A stretch of 64,000 nucleotides of DNA from Mobula hypostoma (Eukaryota), in the NCBI RefSeq assembly GCF_963921235.1, contig NC_086097.1, positions 63,800,001-63,864,000 on the forward strand, written 5' to 3'. Each line of letters opens with the position of its first letter. Within the stretch, counting starts at the first letter, position 1. Of the stretch, positions 35,901-47,900 are shown piece after piece. The position numbers were made by a program, and so were the translations under genes. The notes beneath the pieces are model-generated. The model saw only the letters and a list, made by a program, of their open reading frames with translations. It was not told where the DNA came from and searched no databases.

Positions 35901-38900
35901 TTGGATCTTGCGGTTCATCCAGGGTTCTGTTTAGGGAAGACTCTGAATGGTTTTGTGGGGACCCACTCATCTACGGCTGTTTTAGTAAAGTCCATACAAC
36001 CATGATGCATTCATTCAGATCCCTGATGAGTCCTTGAACATGGCCTAATCCACTGACTTGAGGCAATCCCATAGCCTCTCCTCTGCCTCTCACAACAACC
36101 TTTGTTGTCCTAATCTCTGGAGTTTAGAGAAGGATAGCCAAGTAATCCAATTTACCAAAATATTGTCTGGGCATGGAATAGTAGGCATTCCTTATCTTAG
36201 TATAACAGTGGTTCAGTATGTTGGGACCTCTAGTACTACAGGTTATATGCTGATATTAACTGGGCAGGGATTTCTTCAAACCAGTCTGGTTGAAGTCTCC
36301 GACGATGATTTGAAATTCATTGGAATGGACTGTTTTTTGTTTGGAGATGGCATCCTGCAGTGTCTCAAGTGCTTGATTATAGTTGGCCACTGGTGTTATG
36401 TAAACTGAGGTCAGGTTCACGGATAAGAACTCCCTAGGTAAATGGAATGGACGGTAACACACATCAAAGTTGCTGGTGAACACAGCAGGCCAGGCAGCAT
36501 CTCTAGGAAGAGGTACAGTTGACGTTTCGGGCCGAGACCCTTCGTCTGGACAGAGGATGGATGGTATTTGACTATTAGATATTCCCAGTCAGTGCAACAT
36601 GAGTTTGACAAAACTTGCATATCAGAGCACCAGCAAGTGATCATGAAACACACACCACCTCCTTTTGCCTTTTCTGAATCAGCAACTCAGTCCATTCTGT
36701 AAATCAAGAAGCCTTCAGGTCTGACCGCTGTATCTGGCGTGCGGGGAGAAATGCATGTCTCAGTCAAACATGGAACACAACAGGATCTCTGTAATACTGA
36801 CTTGAGCTTCCCCCTCTCAAATTTCAGGGTGAACTCTATGATATTATGTTCACTGTCTCCCGTGTTGCTTTACCTTAAACTCCCTAATCAAATCCAGTTA
36901 CACAACGAATTACTCAACACCCAATCTGGAATAGCTGATCCCCTTGTGGGCTCAACCACAAGCTGCTCTGAAAGGCTATCTCATAGGCAAACTACAAATT
37001 CTCTCTCTTGGTATCCAAAATTGGCACCAAACTGATTTTTCCAATCTTATCTGCCTATTGAAATCCCCCTTAAGAACTGTAACATTGTCCTTTTGACATG
37101 CATTTTCTATCTCCTCTTGTAATTCATAGCCCACATATTGGTTGCTGTTTGGATGCCTGTATATAAGTCACGTCAGGGTATTTTTACCCTTGCAGTTCCT
37201 TGAGTCTACCTACAACAATGCAATCACAAAGCATGAAGACCTTTATATGGATCCCAAGATCTCTTGTAATACTATTAATTCTGTTTCAGATAGGGAAGCA
37301 ATTTGGATATTTTCCAAAAGATGCAGTTAAAGTTGATGATGTCATAACATCAACTGAAGTAGAGCTACCAACCCAGGTAAATTTAATTGATTTAATAGTG
37401 TTTTATATATTATTTTTAAAATATTTTCAAAATTAGGAAGTATATATTTTTAAAATACTTCAGCATTGTTAATATTTATATATTGTATGTAATATACTTT
37501 GTATTAATTGTGCTATAAAGCTTTGAAAAATAAGAAATTTTGGATCTATTTATCTGTTACTAGTGAGAGAAGGTTTGATGCGGAGCAGAGTACTGGTGAG
37601 CTATTACCCATAGTTGATTGTGTGAGGTTATTCCATGGTGAGACAGTTGCTCCCAAGTAACATAATCCCCACACAAAAGCAGCTCTTGATTTAAGATAAT
37701 CTGTCACAGAATTGCTGAGTACTAAAAAGTTATCAAAGTATTCTGTATGGGAAATGCAACTAAACACTTAACATTTGTTCTTTCAGGATAATGATTTCCT
37801 TTGTCTTAATGAAGAAAATTATCTCATAGATGATGAAGAAAATGATTTTGTGATTAATGAAAATGGAGAAAATTCTTTCTCAAAGTCAGAAGAAAGAGAA
37901 GCCACATTAGAACATGGAGCTAAGTTTAATAAATACAACCAGGTTTATGAAGGTAATTCTGCCAAAACTGAACCTGTGGACAACATAATCACTCTTTATA
38001 AAAGGCAGATTCAATCAGCACACCATACTACAAAGCTAGAGATGAACTCTGGTAAAGAGCAACTTCAAAAAAGCCTAGCACCTGATGAGAATGTACAAAT
38101 AAATGAAATTCTTTCACCAGTTAATCATCAGAATCAATTAAATGATGAGAGTGGCTCCGGACACACAGATAATAATGAATTTAACTTGTTCACTTTTCCT
38201 GACTCTGTTCAGAATGAACATATTAGTACAGAAAAAGATGAACATCCAGGGCAGGAAATCAGTGAAGATAAACCTATTACAATGGAAAGTAATGAAGTCT
38301 CTGAAGTTGTGCAAGAGGAATCTGATTGGATTGGATCTAGAATTAGTGGGTGGTTTGGTTTGGAAGCTAAGAAGGATGAACAGGCAGTGGAACCAAATGA
38401 CCTGTCTATGCAGCAAAACTCTTTTAAAAGTCGGAAAATTCCATTAGACAATGATGAGGACACTGTATTGTCAGAAGGGGGAGATAAAAATATGTATTAT
38501 GAGACTAAAGGAATCCTTGATTCTGGAATGTCAGGTTGGATTGGGGGTTTGTCAAAACTGTTAACTTTCAACAGTGATTTATCAGAAGATATTTTATCTT
38601 CAAAGGAAGGTGAAAATAATAAACATGAAAATACTTACCTTGCTGATGACTCAACAGACCCAAGTAAACCTTCAGTAACTAAGTCAGGAAACAAAATATC
38701 CGAGCATTCAGTAGCAGATCATTCAAGGCCAAAACATAGTGAATCCGAAAATATTGACAAAGATGATCAGAACTTAATGAGTAATGTTCGGTCACTGTTT
38801 GGTTTAAGTGACAAGTCATGGTTTGGGCAAATCAATGATGCTCAGGATTCAGATGTGTCAGTAGAAACAAAAGTCACCAGGGAAGAAAGTAGAAATGATA

Positions 38901-41900
38901 ATGATCAGTCAGAATCTTGGTGGGTTAATTTGAATGCAGTAAGTAATGTCTTCAGCTTTGGTAGTGATAATGGGGGTCAGACATTCAGACCTTCAGAAGA
39001 AACACAAAATCTTAATGGAAATGAAAAGGCTCCAGGAGGAAAAGGAAAATCAAACTCACAATGGTCACACTCTAGTTTAAGTAAGATGTTAGGCTTTAGT
39101 CAAGGAAATGAATTTGAGATCGCTACCTTAACGGATGAAACTAAAGAAACCATTATTGAAAATAGCAAGAAAACTACATTGGATGATGATAGGTCAAAAT
39201 CACAAAAGGATACCTTTGGTTTAAAAGATATACTGATGTTTAATAAAAACAATGAAGATTGTTTTGCTTCCAATCCTCCAGAAGAGAAAAGCTTATGTAT
39301 CGTTAGAGATAAGAAAGAAAACACAATGAATACCAAATCTGAAGAGAGTTCTTCCACATTGAAATCAATTACTGATTCAGTAATAAATGGTGACACAACT
39401 CAGTCACCAAACCAATGTCTAAACAGAGTGGAGAATGATGCCAACTGTCAGTCTGATAGCTTGCCACAATCTGAGAAGGAATATAGGGAAACAAAAAGTG
39501 AACACACTCAATCAACACTTTCTATGAATGGGTTAAAAAACAGCTTTGATGGCAGAACATCAAAGTCACAAGGTGTTCAGGAACCACAAAATTTTGATTT
39601 CCTGCATCCTAATAAACCATTGACACAGGAAAGTGTCCATAAAGATCAAATTTTGCAAGAACATTTGATGCATATTTCAGAAATTAAGCAACATATTTCA
39701 GATGATACAAAGACTCTGCCATATGAAAATGTACATTCTGGAGAAAAACTACATGGTGAACGGGAGGATGCACACAACCAGGACCTAATCTCAGAAGTGC
39801 AACAGATTGCTGTCATGAGCAAACGTGACCCTTTAGCACCAGGAAGTTTGTCTGAAGAAGAACAGAGTTTAACAATGCATTCCAAATGGACATCTAATGA
39901 CAATCCACATTCAGAAACGACATTTCTTACAGAGACAGATAATGCAGATCGCTCAGTGTGGGATAAATTGCAAGTTGAACATGATCTTCCACAAGATAAT
40001 TTAGCATCCGGACTGAAATCAGAGCAATGTATTTCAAATCCCACTGATTCTACCTCAGTAAATAAGTTACAGAATGGAAAAAAGTTCTCACAAGAACAGA
40101 TAGTAAATACAGACTTAAAAGAGAATCCTGTTTCAGATGGTGATCAACATCAGTTAGAGGAAGAGTTACACCATAAGCAATTAACCTCACAAGAGAAAGA
40201 TGTTATACCAGCCTTACAATTTGAACAGCTTGATGATTCAGGTAACAACAAGCTTTTATCCCAGACACAAACTGATAATGAACAGGAAGCCTTCAGTTTA
40301 AAATTCAATGAAATTTCTTCCTCTAGTCAAGTCAGCCCATCTTCACAGAATGAATTATATAATGAAGGAGCCTCTGTACAAGTTACACATTTTACCTCAG
40401 CAGAAGAGCAAACTTCAGACCATTACAATTTGTCGTCTGAGAAGGTTAAAAAACATGAAGAAATGTCACAACTAATTAGGGATGATAAAGGGGTCATAGC
40501 TACAAATATCAACGATGAAACATGGCAATTACAATCTATGCAGCAGGCTTCATATCATACTAGGGATCTATCAAAGGAAAATCCAACTGGGGACCAAAAT
40601 GCCTTACAGTACCAATCCTTGACATTAGATTCTGAATCCAATCAGCAGACCTCAGATTACAGTGAATGCCAAAATGTAGAACAGCCTGTCATGAAGGAAC
40701 ATCAGCTTTTAAAATCAGCATCTACCGAGCTTGTTTCAGATGCTGAAAAACCCTTTTCACTGAAAGCGCATGATGAAGATAGCTTGCAAGCAACTTCTAA
40801 GTCGGAACTTAAGTGGCCTGCTACTTCAAAACATGAGGAAGATACTTCTACTGAAAATGTGCGTGTTAATGAAGACTTTGTCCAGACAGATGCTTTGATA
40901 CATGTCTCAGATGAAAGCAAAGTTCTGGTAAAGGAAAAGTTGAATGACAAAAACAGCATTCACAAAAAAGAACAAACTTTATCACATCTTTTATCAAATT
41001 CACAATCTGAAGGGAACACCCTTTCATATGATGACAAAACCCTGAACCAAGGAAAGTCTTATCAACAAAATAGCATGGAAGATAAAGGGTTATATTTAGA
41101 ATCAGAAAATCAACTTATTGCTTTAAATTCCACAGTATATTCATCAGAGGAAGAAACAACTGCAGCTGTCAACAGTGGGACCACTACAAAAACTGAAAAT
41201 AGTAACAAGTTGCATACTTCTCTGGAAACTGAAGCAATGGTAGAACTTTTCAATTCATTACCTTCTGGGAATGTGAATCCACGTACACCACACTCTAGTA
41301 AACATCAAGACACTGATACTAAAATTAAATCACAGCATGTTGTCAAAGAAACAGATTATCAAATAAATCAAGATGACACTGAAAACAATTTCCTGGGAGA
41401 TGAGAAAACAACAGAGTTACCCAGTGAATCATTTTCTGCCAACGTACAGGAGGATGAAGCACAAAGGAATTCTGAACAGCTGATAATGACCTCAGCTCAT
41501 GAAAGAAAAGACTCAAGCAAACTAATTGAAGAAGTTCGTACCAGACCAGAGGCCAGCAGTGAAAATGTGCTTGGAACCACTTCTACAAGTAAAGCTGAAA
41601 CTGGTGCTGAAGAAGAATCAGTGACATCAAAAGGTATAGAATCAGTGACTACCAGGCTAATGCTTCTGCATTCCAGTGAATAGGTCACCTCTAGCTAAGC
41701 AAAAGTTAATCTTGAGAAGTTCAGAGTCAAATATACATTTGTTGATAGTACACACCTCCATAATGATCACAAATTTTTGAGAAAACACTTGATATTTGCT
41801 TAAATGCATTGTTTGGAAAGATGCTTTCAAAAAGTCAGGCTCATGCAGTTGCAGAAGAAAAAAATTACAATAAAACTCCAATAATCTGCTACCTCTGGAT

Positions 41901-44900
41901 TTTGGTGATGACTGACCTTAATTTGATCCTTTGGGCATTTGGATATACTGCTATTAATATTCCACGCAGTAGTTTAATACTAGGTAACTTTAAAGGAGAT
42001 GCAAGAAATGGGAACCTGTTGAGTTTAAAGTGTGAGTTGAACCAGAGCCCCCTTTAGTTTATAGGGAATATGAGAAATGAGACTGTAATAAGTTCAAAGC
42101 AAGTGTAGAAATCAGGACTGTGGTGAGTTTAAAGGAGGCATGTGGAAGAGGCTCCAGTGATTTTTAGAATGATTGTAGAAAATAAAACTTGGTGAGCCAG
42201 ATTCCAAACCAGAATGATCTCTGAACAATTGGATTCCAGATTATTGGAGTTTTAGGTAAATTTTTAAATGATACTCTGCATAATATAAACAATTTTAAAG
42301 AGGTGTCTAACAAAACAAAGACCTCAAATATGACAAGAATGAAGGGTGAATATAGTGTGAATGCAGGGAAACATAGTGAAAATATAGAAATGGTACAAAA
42401 GTTACAAGATATTTCAATTTCCAAAATGAAAATGCACCTCAAATGCCTAATTAAGATGTGATTCAAAGTATTGGGAATTGACTTCATGAGAATAGTACAT
42501 TTTCTGTTTTTTTTTAAGACGAGAACAACCTCTCTTTTTAAATTTTATTTTAATTTGTATTTTGAATCCCCATTTCCGATGGCTAATCGTTTTAAGTCGA
42601 GAAGCTGTACACTATAGTGATATCAGTTCCAGATCAGGTAAAACAATGCATCTTATTTTTAATATCCCAGGATTGAAAGACCCCCTCATCACACAATAGT
42701 GATTATTTTTTTCCCAATCTTTCATATCAGGCATTATGTAATTAATTCAGTTGCCAGTTTGCTGGTAAAGAACACTGTACGTGGCTGGTGTGCAACTCTG
42801 GTGTCATTTTTTCAAGAATCATAATTAATAGAGATAATGACATTGAATTTAATGTGTTTTTTCAGTCTGACATTGTGACTCCTGCTGTCTGTGGTTCCAC
42901 ATAACACATTTAAGAACCCCAAACTATGAACGAAGGTGGTCAAATGTAAGATAATCGCAGCGAAGTATAATTCTGTTCTTGTATATCAACCACTTGTGTG
43001 ATATGTAAGTGTTGATTCAATTAAAGAGACTTGGAAAATTTCCCCTACACTACTGTGGAGGCCTAAAGACAAGAAATGCCTTCCTTGCCAACTCATTTAC
43101 ACTCTGCTAATCTGGCAAAGGCTAGCAATAGAAAATGAAGTTTTCATTTTACATCTAAACTCGGAGAAGGAGATGAACATGTAATTAAAGAATCAGAGTA
43201 TTTAGCTTTTCAAATATTCAGTAAATTTAAACTTGAGCATTGCACGTTCAGAAGAAGCTTAATGCATTGGAACAGAGATGTGCGACAGTGAGACCTGCTT
43301 CATATTCGAAGTGCACTGTTTTTGGCCATGTCTCTACAAAAGGGACAAACAGGACAATTCCTTTCCTATTGGAGCAGAAGGCAGGTCAGAAAAAGCCCCA
43401 TCGTTCTGTCGGTAGGTTGGGTAGTGAAGCTGCTGAGAATCCAGAGGTAGATTGCCCAAATGCATAATATTGCAGTTACTAGAAACTCGAAATAAAACAT
43501 TAACTACGGGTTGGGTAACGTGGTGAGAAAATCAAACGTTTCCGGTCATAACAAAGAGAAAAGTTGAGAGATCTTAAAAAACAGTGGTGGAGAAGGGAAG
43601 GATAGGCAGAGAGAAAACAGAAGATGATGTGCAATGGTCATCTTGCTTCATCTGTAGAGATCTTGCATAATCTATGTTTAGCTTGTAACTAACAGCCTTA
43701 TAGATAATATAGGATCTACAGGATATAAAGGTGGTTTCTTAATTATTTGTGTTTTGGTATCAACATGTATCCATCAGCATCATTTTATAGGCATTTAGGT
43801 AAGAGGTCACGGGCCATGTACAGTGGAAAGTCCTCTGAAGTAGCTCTCCTAACCTGGGTCAGTTACTGATAAGGGCCCATGTTTGGGAACCCCTGCTCTG
43901 AAGTCTCCAGCATTGGTGCTGAAATTCTGACCATGCAGACAAGTTGTGCACGTCATCAAGCCAGTGGTACAATTTGTATCTTATATCAACCTGGCTGACG
44001 TTGAATGGCAAAACATGCTCGTGAGGCTGAATGCCTTCTCTATCTATGTATCTCCTTACTGAACTTCCTAAGGGAGACTGTAGTAACAAAATAAATACTG
44101 CAAAGGAAAAATACAATAAACAAAAATAGAGTGAAGGCAACACACAGTAAATCTTAAAACCTCAGAAGTTGTGTTCAATTGTTCAAGATGATAAGCTGTA
44201 ACAGTTATAAGATTCGATATTATGCGTGGTGATCCACTTTCACTTTTACTTAAAAAATATATAATTGCACTTTTTAGTTATTGTTCACTTATTGGCTGTT
44301 GAATAAAAGCAGTGTTTACTTTTAATTCATCGTCATTATATCGGATTGTGTCATGTTGCACAGGAATACCGGTACAATACTTCCCAGAATTTTTGCTATC
44401 AATTTTTAGTTCAGATCCAGATAACTGTTTGACTGCATCTTTGCAAATAACTAGAGGCAATAAGCAATTTAATCTTTTATTTTGCAGATGCTTTCAGTTC
44501 AGGTGACATTTCAAACACTCAAGTTACAAACAATGAGCAAAATGCAGAAATTCTTGAAAAAACTGTTCAAACAAGCAAGCTTATGCAAGAGCAGAATGGG
44601 ACCAAGGACAACAGGGAAACTAGGAACTACCAGATTGAAGAGAAAGCAATGCCAACACATGTAAGTGAAGCTAAAGAACCATCAGTATCTGATGATCCAG
44701 AAGTTGGAACACCAACTGACAATGACATTGGTGAGTAGAAAGCGCAAAAGTATTAGTGTGCTCAGTAAAGTCTAAAAACAATATTTATCATTTCTCATTT
44801 TCTTAACAGAATATGAAACAAGTTTTGATATGGCAGCTGGCCATAAACTGAGCAGAGTCTTTGAACGCAATGTACGAAACTTCTTGATAACAGTTGATCA

Positions 44901-47900
44901 TTTCATCCAAAATGTAAGCATTATTTTACACTGTAAATGAGAAAATATATTGCAACAACTTGTACCAATGTCTCTGCTGCACTTTGTTCCAGTTAGATGA
45001 ATGTGTTTTAATGTTCTGAATGTTAACTTTTCAGTTTTGCTTCCTGTTTTCAGTTTTCTGTCTGTTCACTTCCTTCTCTCTTTTGACCTATATCTGAGTG
45101 TGTAAGTCCATTGGCGACAATGACTCAGTAACTCTCTCAGGTGGACATTTATGATATTCTAGGATAGACACTGTCAGCAGGTTCTTCAGACTGTTAATTG
45201 GCTCCAACCTTTCTGAGGGATGAGCATGCCCCTAGTAATGGACTACTATCTAACTCAAAAATAAGCTTCTGACCCCATATGCATTCTGTCACAAGAACCC
45301 CCCCACCTCACCTCTGCCTAGTTCACAATATAACCTATACCTGTATCTGCCCCTCGATTTGCTGACACATTTATGTGCCTATTTATATTTTGACTAAGCC
45401 TCTTAGCACTCTCCTGGCCTTCCATTTTTGATCTATGCACAAAATTAAGACTATCAAAAACAGACTGCACCAACTTGCTAGGCGAACAAAAGTACTTAAG
45501 GACAACATTATATTCAAGGTGAACTTGTATAAAGAATTCAAAAGAGTAGCAGTTTAGAATTAATCAAAAGTAGATTGAGAAATTGATTGACAGTATAAAA
45601 ATAGAATATGGTAGCACAATAAAGGCAAATGGTAGAAGGTTCTAAGTAAGTAAAAAGAAAAGGAGAACAACAGGAATTCTGCAGATGCTGAAAATTCAAG
45701 CAACACACATCAAAGTTGCTGGTGAACGCAGCAGGCCAGGCAGCATCTCTAGGAAGAGGTACAGTCAACGTTTCAGGCCAAGACCCTTTGTCAGGACTAA
45801 CTGAAGGAAGAGTGAGTAAGAGATTTGAGAGGGGGAGGGGGAGATCCAAAATGATAGGAGAAGACAGGAGGGGGAGGGATGGAGCCAAGAGCTGGACAGG
45901 TGATTGGCAAAGGGGATATGAGAGGATCACAGGACGGGAGGTCTGGGAAGAAAGACAAGGGGGAGGAACCCAGAGGATGGGCAAGGAGTATAGTCAGAGG
46001 GACAGAGGGAGAAGAAGGAGCGTGAGAGAAAGAATGTGTGTATAAAAATAAATAATGGATGGGGTACGAGGGGGAGGTGGGGCATTAACGGAAGTTAGAG
46101 AAGTGGATGTTCATGCCATCAGGTTGGAGGCTACCGAGACGGAATATAAGGTGTTGTTCCTCCAACCTGAGTGTGGCTTCATCTTTTCATCTAAAAAGAA
46201 AAGGAGGGTATGTTTGAACCCCACCCTGTCCGCGTCCCTCGCTGCACGTGCGAACCCCACCCTGTCCGCGTCCCTTGCCCTAGGTGCGAACCCCACCCTG
46301 TCCGCGTCCCTCGCCCTACGTGCGAACCCCACCCTGTCCGTGTTCCTCACTGTACATATGAACTCCACCCTGCCTGTGTCCCTCAGAGGTCCACATTAGA
46401 TTTGCCCTGCCCATGTGCCTTGCAGGTCAGCATCCAGTGTGCCAGATCTCCTGCAGTTCAGCTTGCTGTCTGCAGCTATGGTGCTCTCGTAGTTCTTTGT
46501 CCTCGGCATCCTTACTCAGCCTGTTCACACTCTACCGGTGTGTTGGCTTGACAATCTGCACCTCTTCACATTTTCGCGGCCCACTTTTTATCATCCTTCT
46601 CTTCCTACTCTTTTTTATCATTGTGCTCATTTTCTGTCAGTATTCCTGGGTTAATTGCCCCTTTTATTTGCTACTCTTTACTCCATTTACCATGCCTCAA
46701 GTGGTATACCAATGTTGAGACCAATTCAGCTCTTGTTTTCACCTTCATTTCTGAAAGGTTAACATTTCACAGGTTCTTGTCTATCTTCAGTTCCACAGAC
46801 CTACTTCCGAAAGTTTTCCCCATGACATCGTTCTACTCTCTTCATTCTTGTCAAAATTTAATACAGAAGTACAGTAATGTGGCTGAGAGTATTGCAGGCT
46901 TGGAGCCTCTCTAGTTGTAGCCATAGCCATGAATGGTGACGCTATTAAAACTGGTTTCGTACAAAAATGTAGGAAGAGTGCAGAGATTTCAGAGGATAGT
47001 AAAGTTGAACAAACCTCCCCTCTTTGGCTTAGTGTCTGCGTTGATAATTGTGCATTCAACATACTGCTCCAGGCACAGTGCTAGAATAATAGTCCATTAC
47101 AGAACTCAGGAAATCACTGTCCTTTGAGATGAAATGTGAAGCTGAGACGAGGCCACGTGCCTTCTCATCTGGACATAATATTAAGCATATTAAGCTTGGC
47201 ACTTTTTCCAAGAAGAGCACAGAAATTAACCCCATATGTACAAGTGTACACACACACACACACACACACGTTTGTGGTCTAAGGTAGAAGATGAGTTATT
47301 AACTTCAAATTTTCTGCATTATCACTCAAAGAGTTGAACTGCACGTGCATGTAATAAGAGCGTCTTAGACCTCCAGATGGTCGTAGCCTTGGGTAGAATG
47401 AGGTGAGTTATACAGCTCTTGTTATGTGCACGTGCAGTTCAACTCTGAGTGAAAATGCAGAAAGTTTGAAGTTAATAACTCATCTCATTCTACCCTAGGT
47501 CACGAACTTCTCAATCATACCTCTTGCGTGCACGCGTGCGTATTGTGTGTCTGTCTCTCTCTATCTCGTATATGTGTGTGCACACACACTCTATATAGGA
47601 GTTTATTGTTTGCAATTTGGCTGCAATATTTCTCATGCTACATTACTAAAAACATTTTAAAAGGGTTCTCGACTAGCTTTGACATCTCCGAGTTAAGCAA
47701 TGTACTAAAAAGATGCAGAAGATTATTTCCTTAAGAATCGATGGCTCAGCATGCATCATTGAGGATCCTCACCATCCACAACATGTTCTCTTCTCGCGGC
47801 TGCCGTCACTCAGAAAGTACAGGAGCCTCAGGGCTCTCACCACCAGGTTCAGGCACAGTTATTACCCCTCAACCATCAGGCTCATGAACCAGAGGGGTTA

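Larger units (their letters stand above)
29772..36789 (-). mobile_element. Long decayed Rex/Babar-like LINE (segments about 29772-30008 and 34132-36789)
   Basis: 3' tail at 29772; RT fragments ([17 protein letters not shown]); APE fragment IIVGDFNQ at about 36300. Confidence 0.75.
28316..37230 (-). mobile_element. Decayed CR1 hosting a second nested cluster (own segments about 28316-29771 and 36790-37230)
   Basis: RT fragments, then the APE region resumes colinearly at about 36790. Confidence 0.75.

Noticed and set aside
38138..41688. Ser-rich antisense and alternate-frame ORFs within exon 4
   Set aside because: By-products of codon bias in the real exon.
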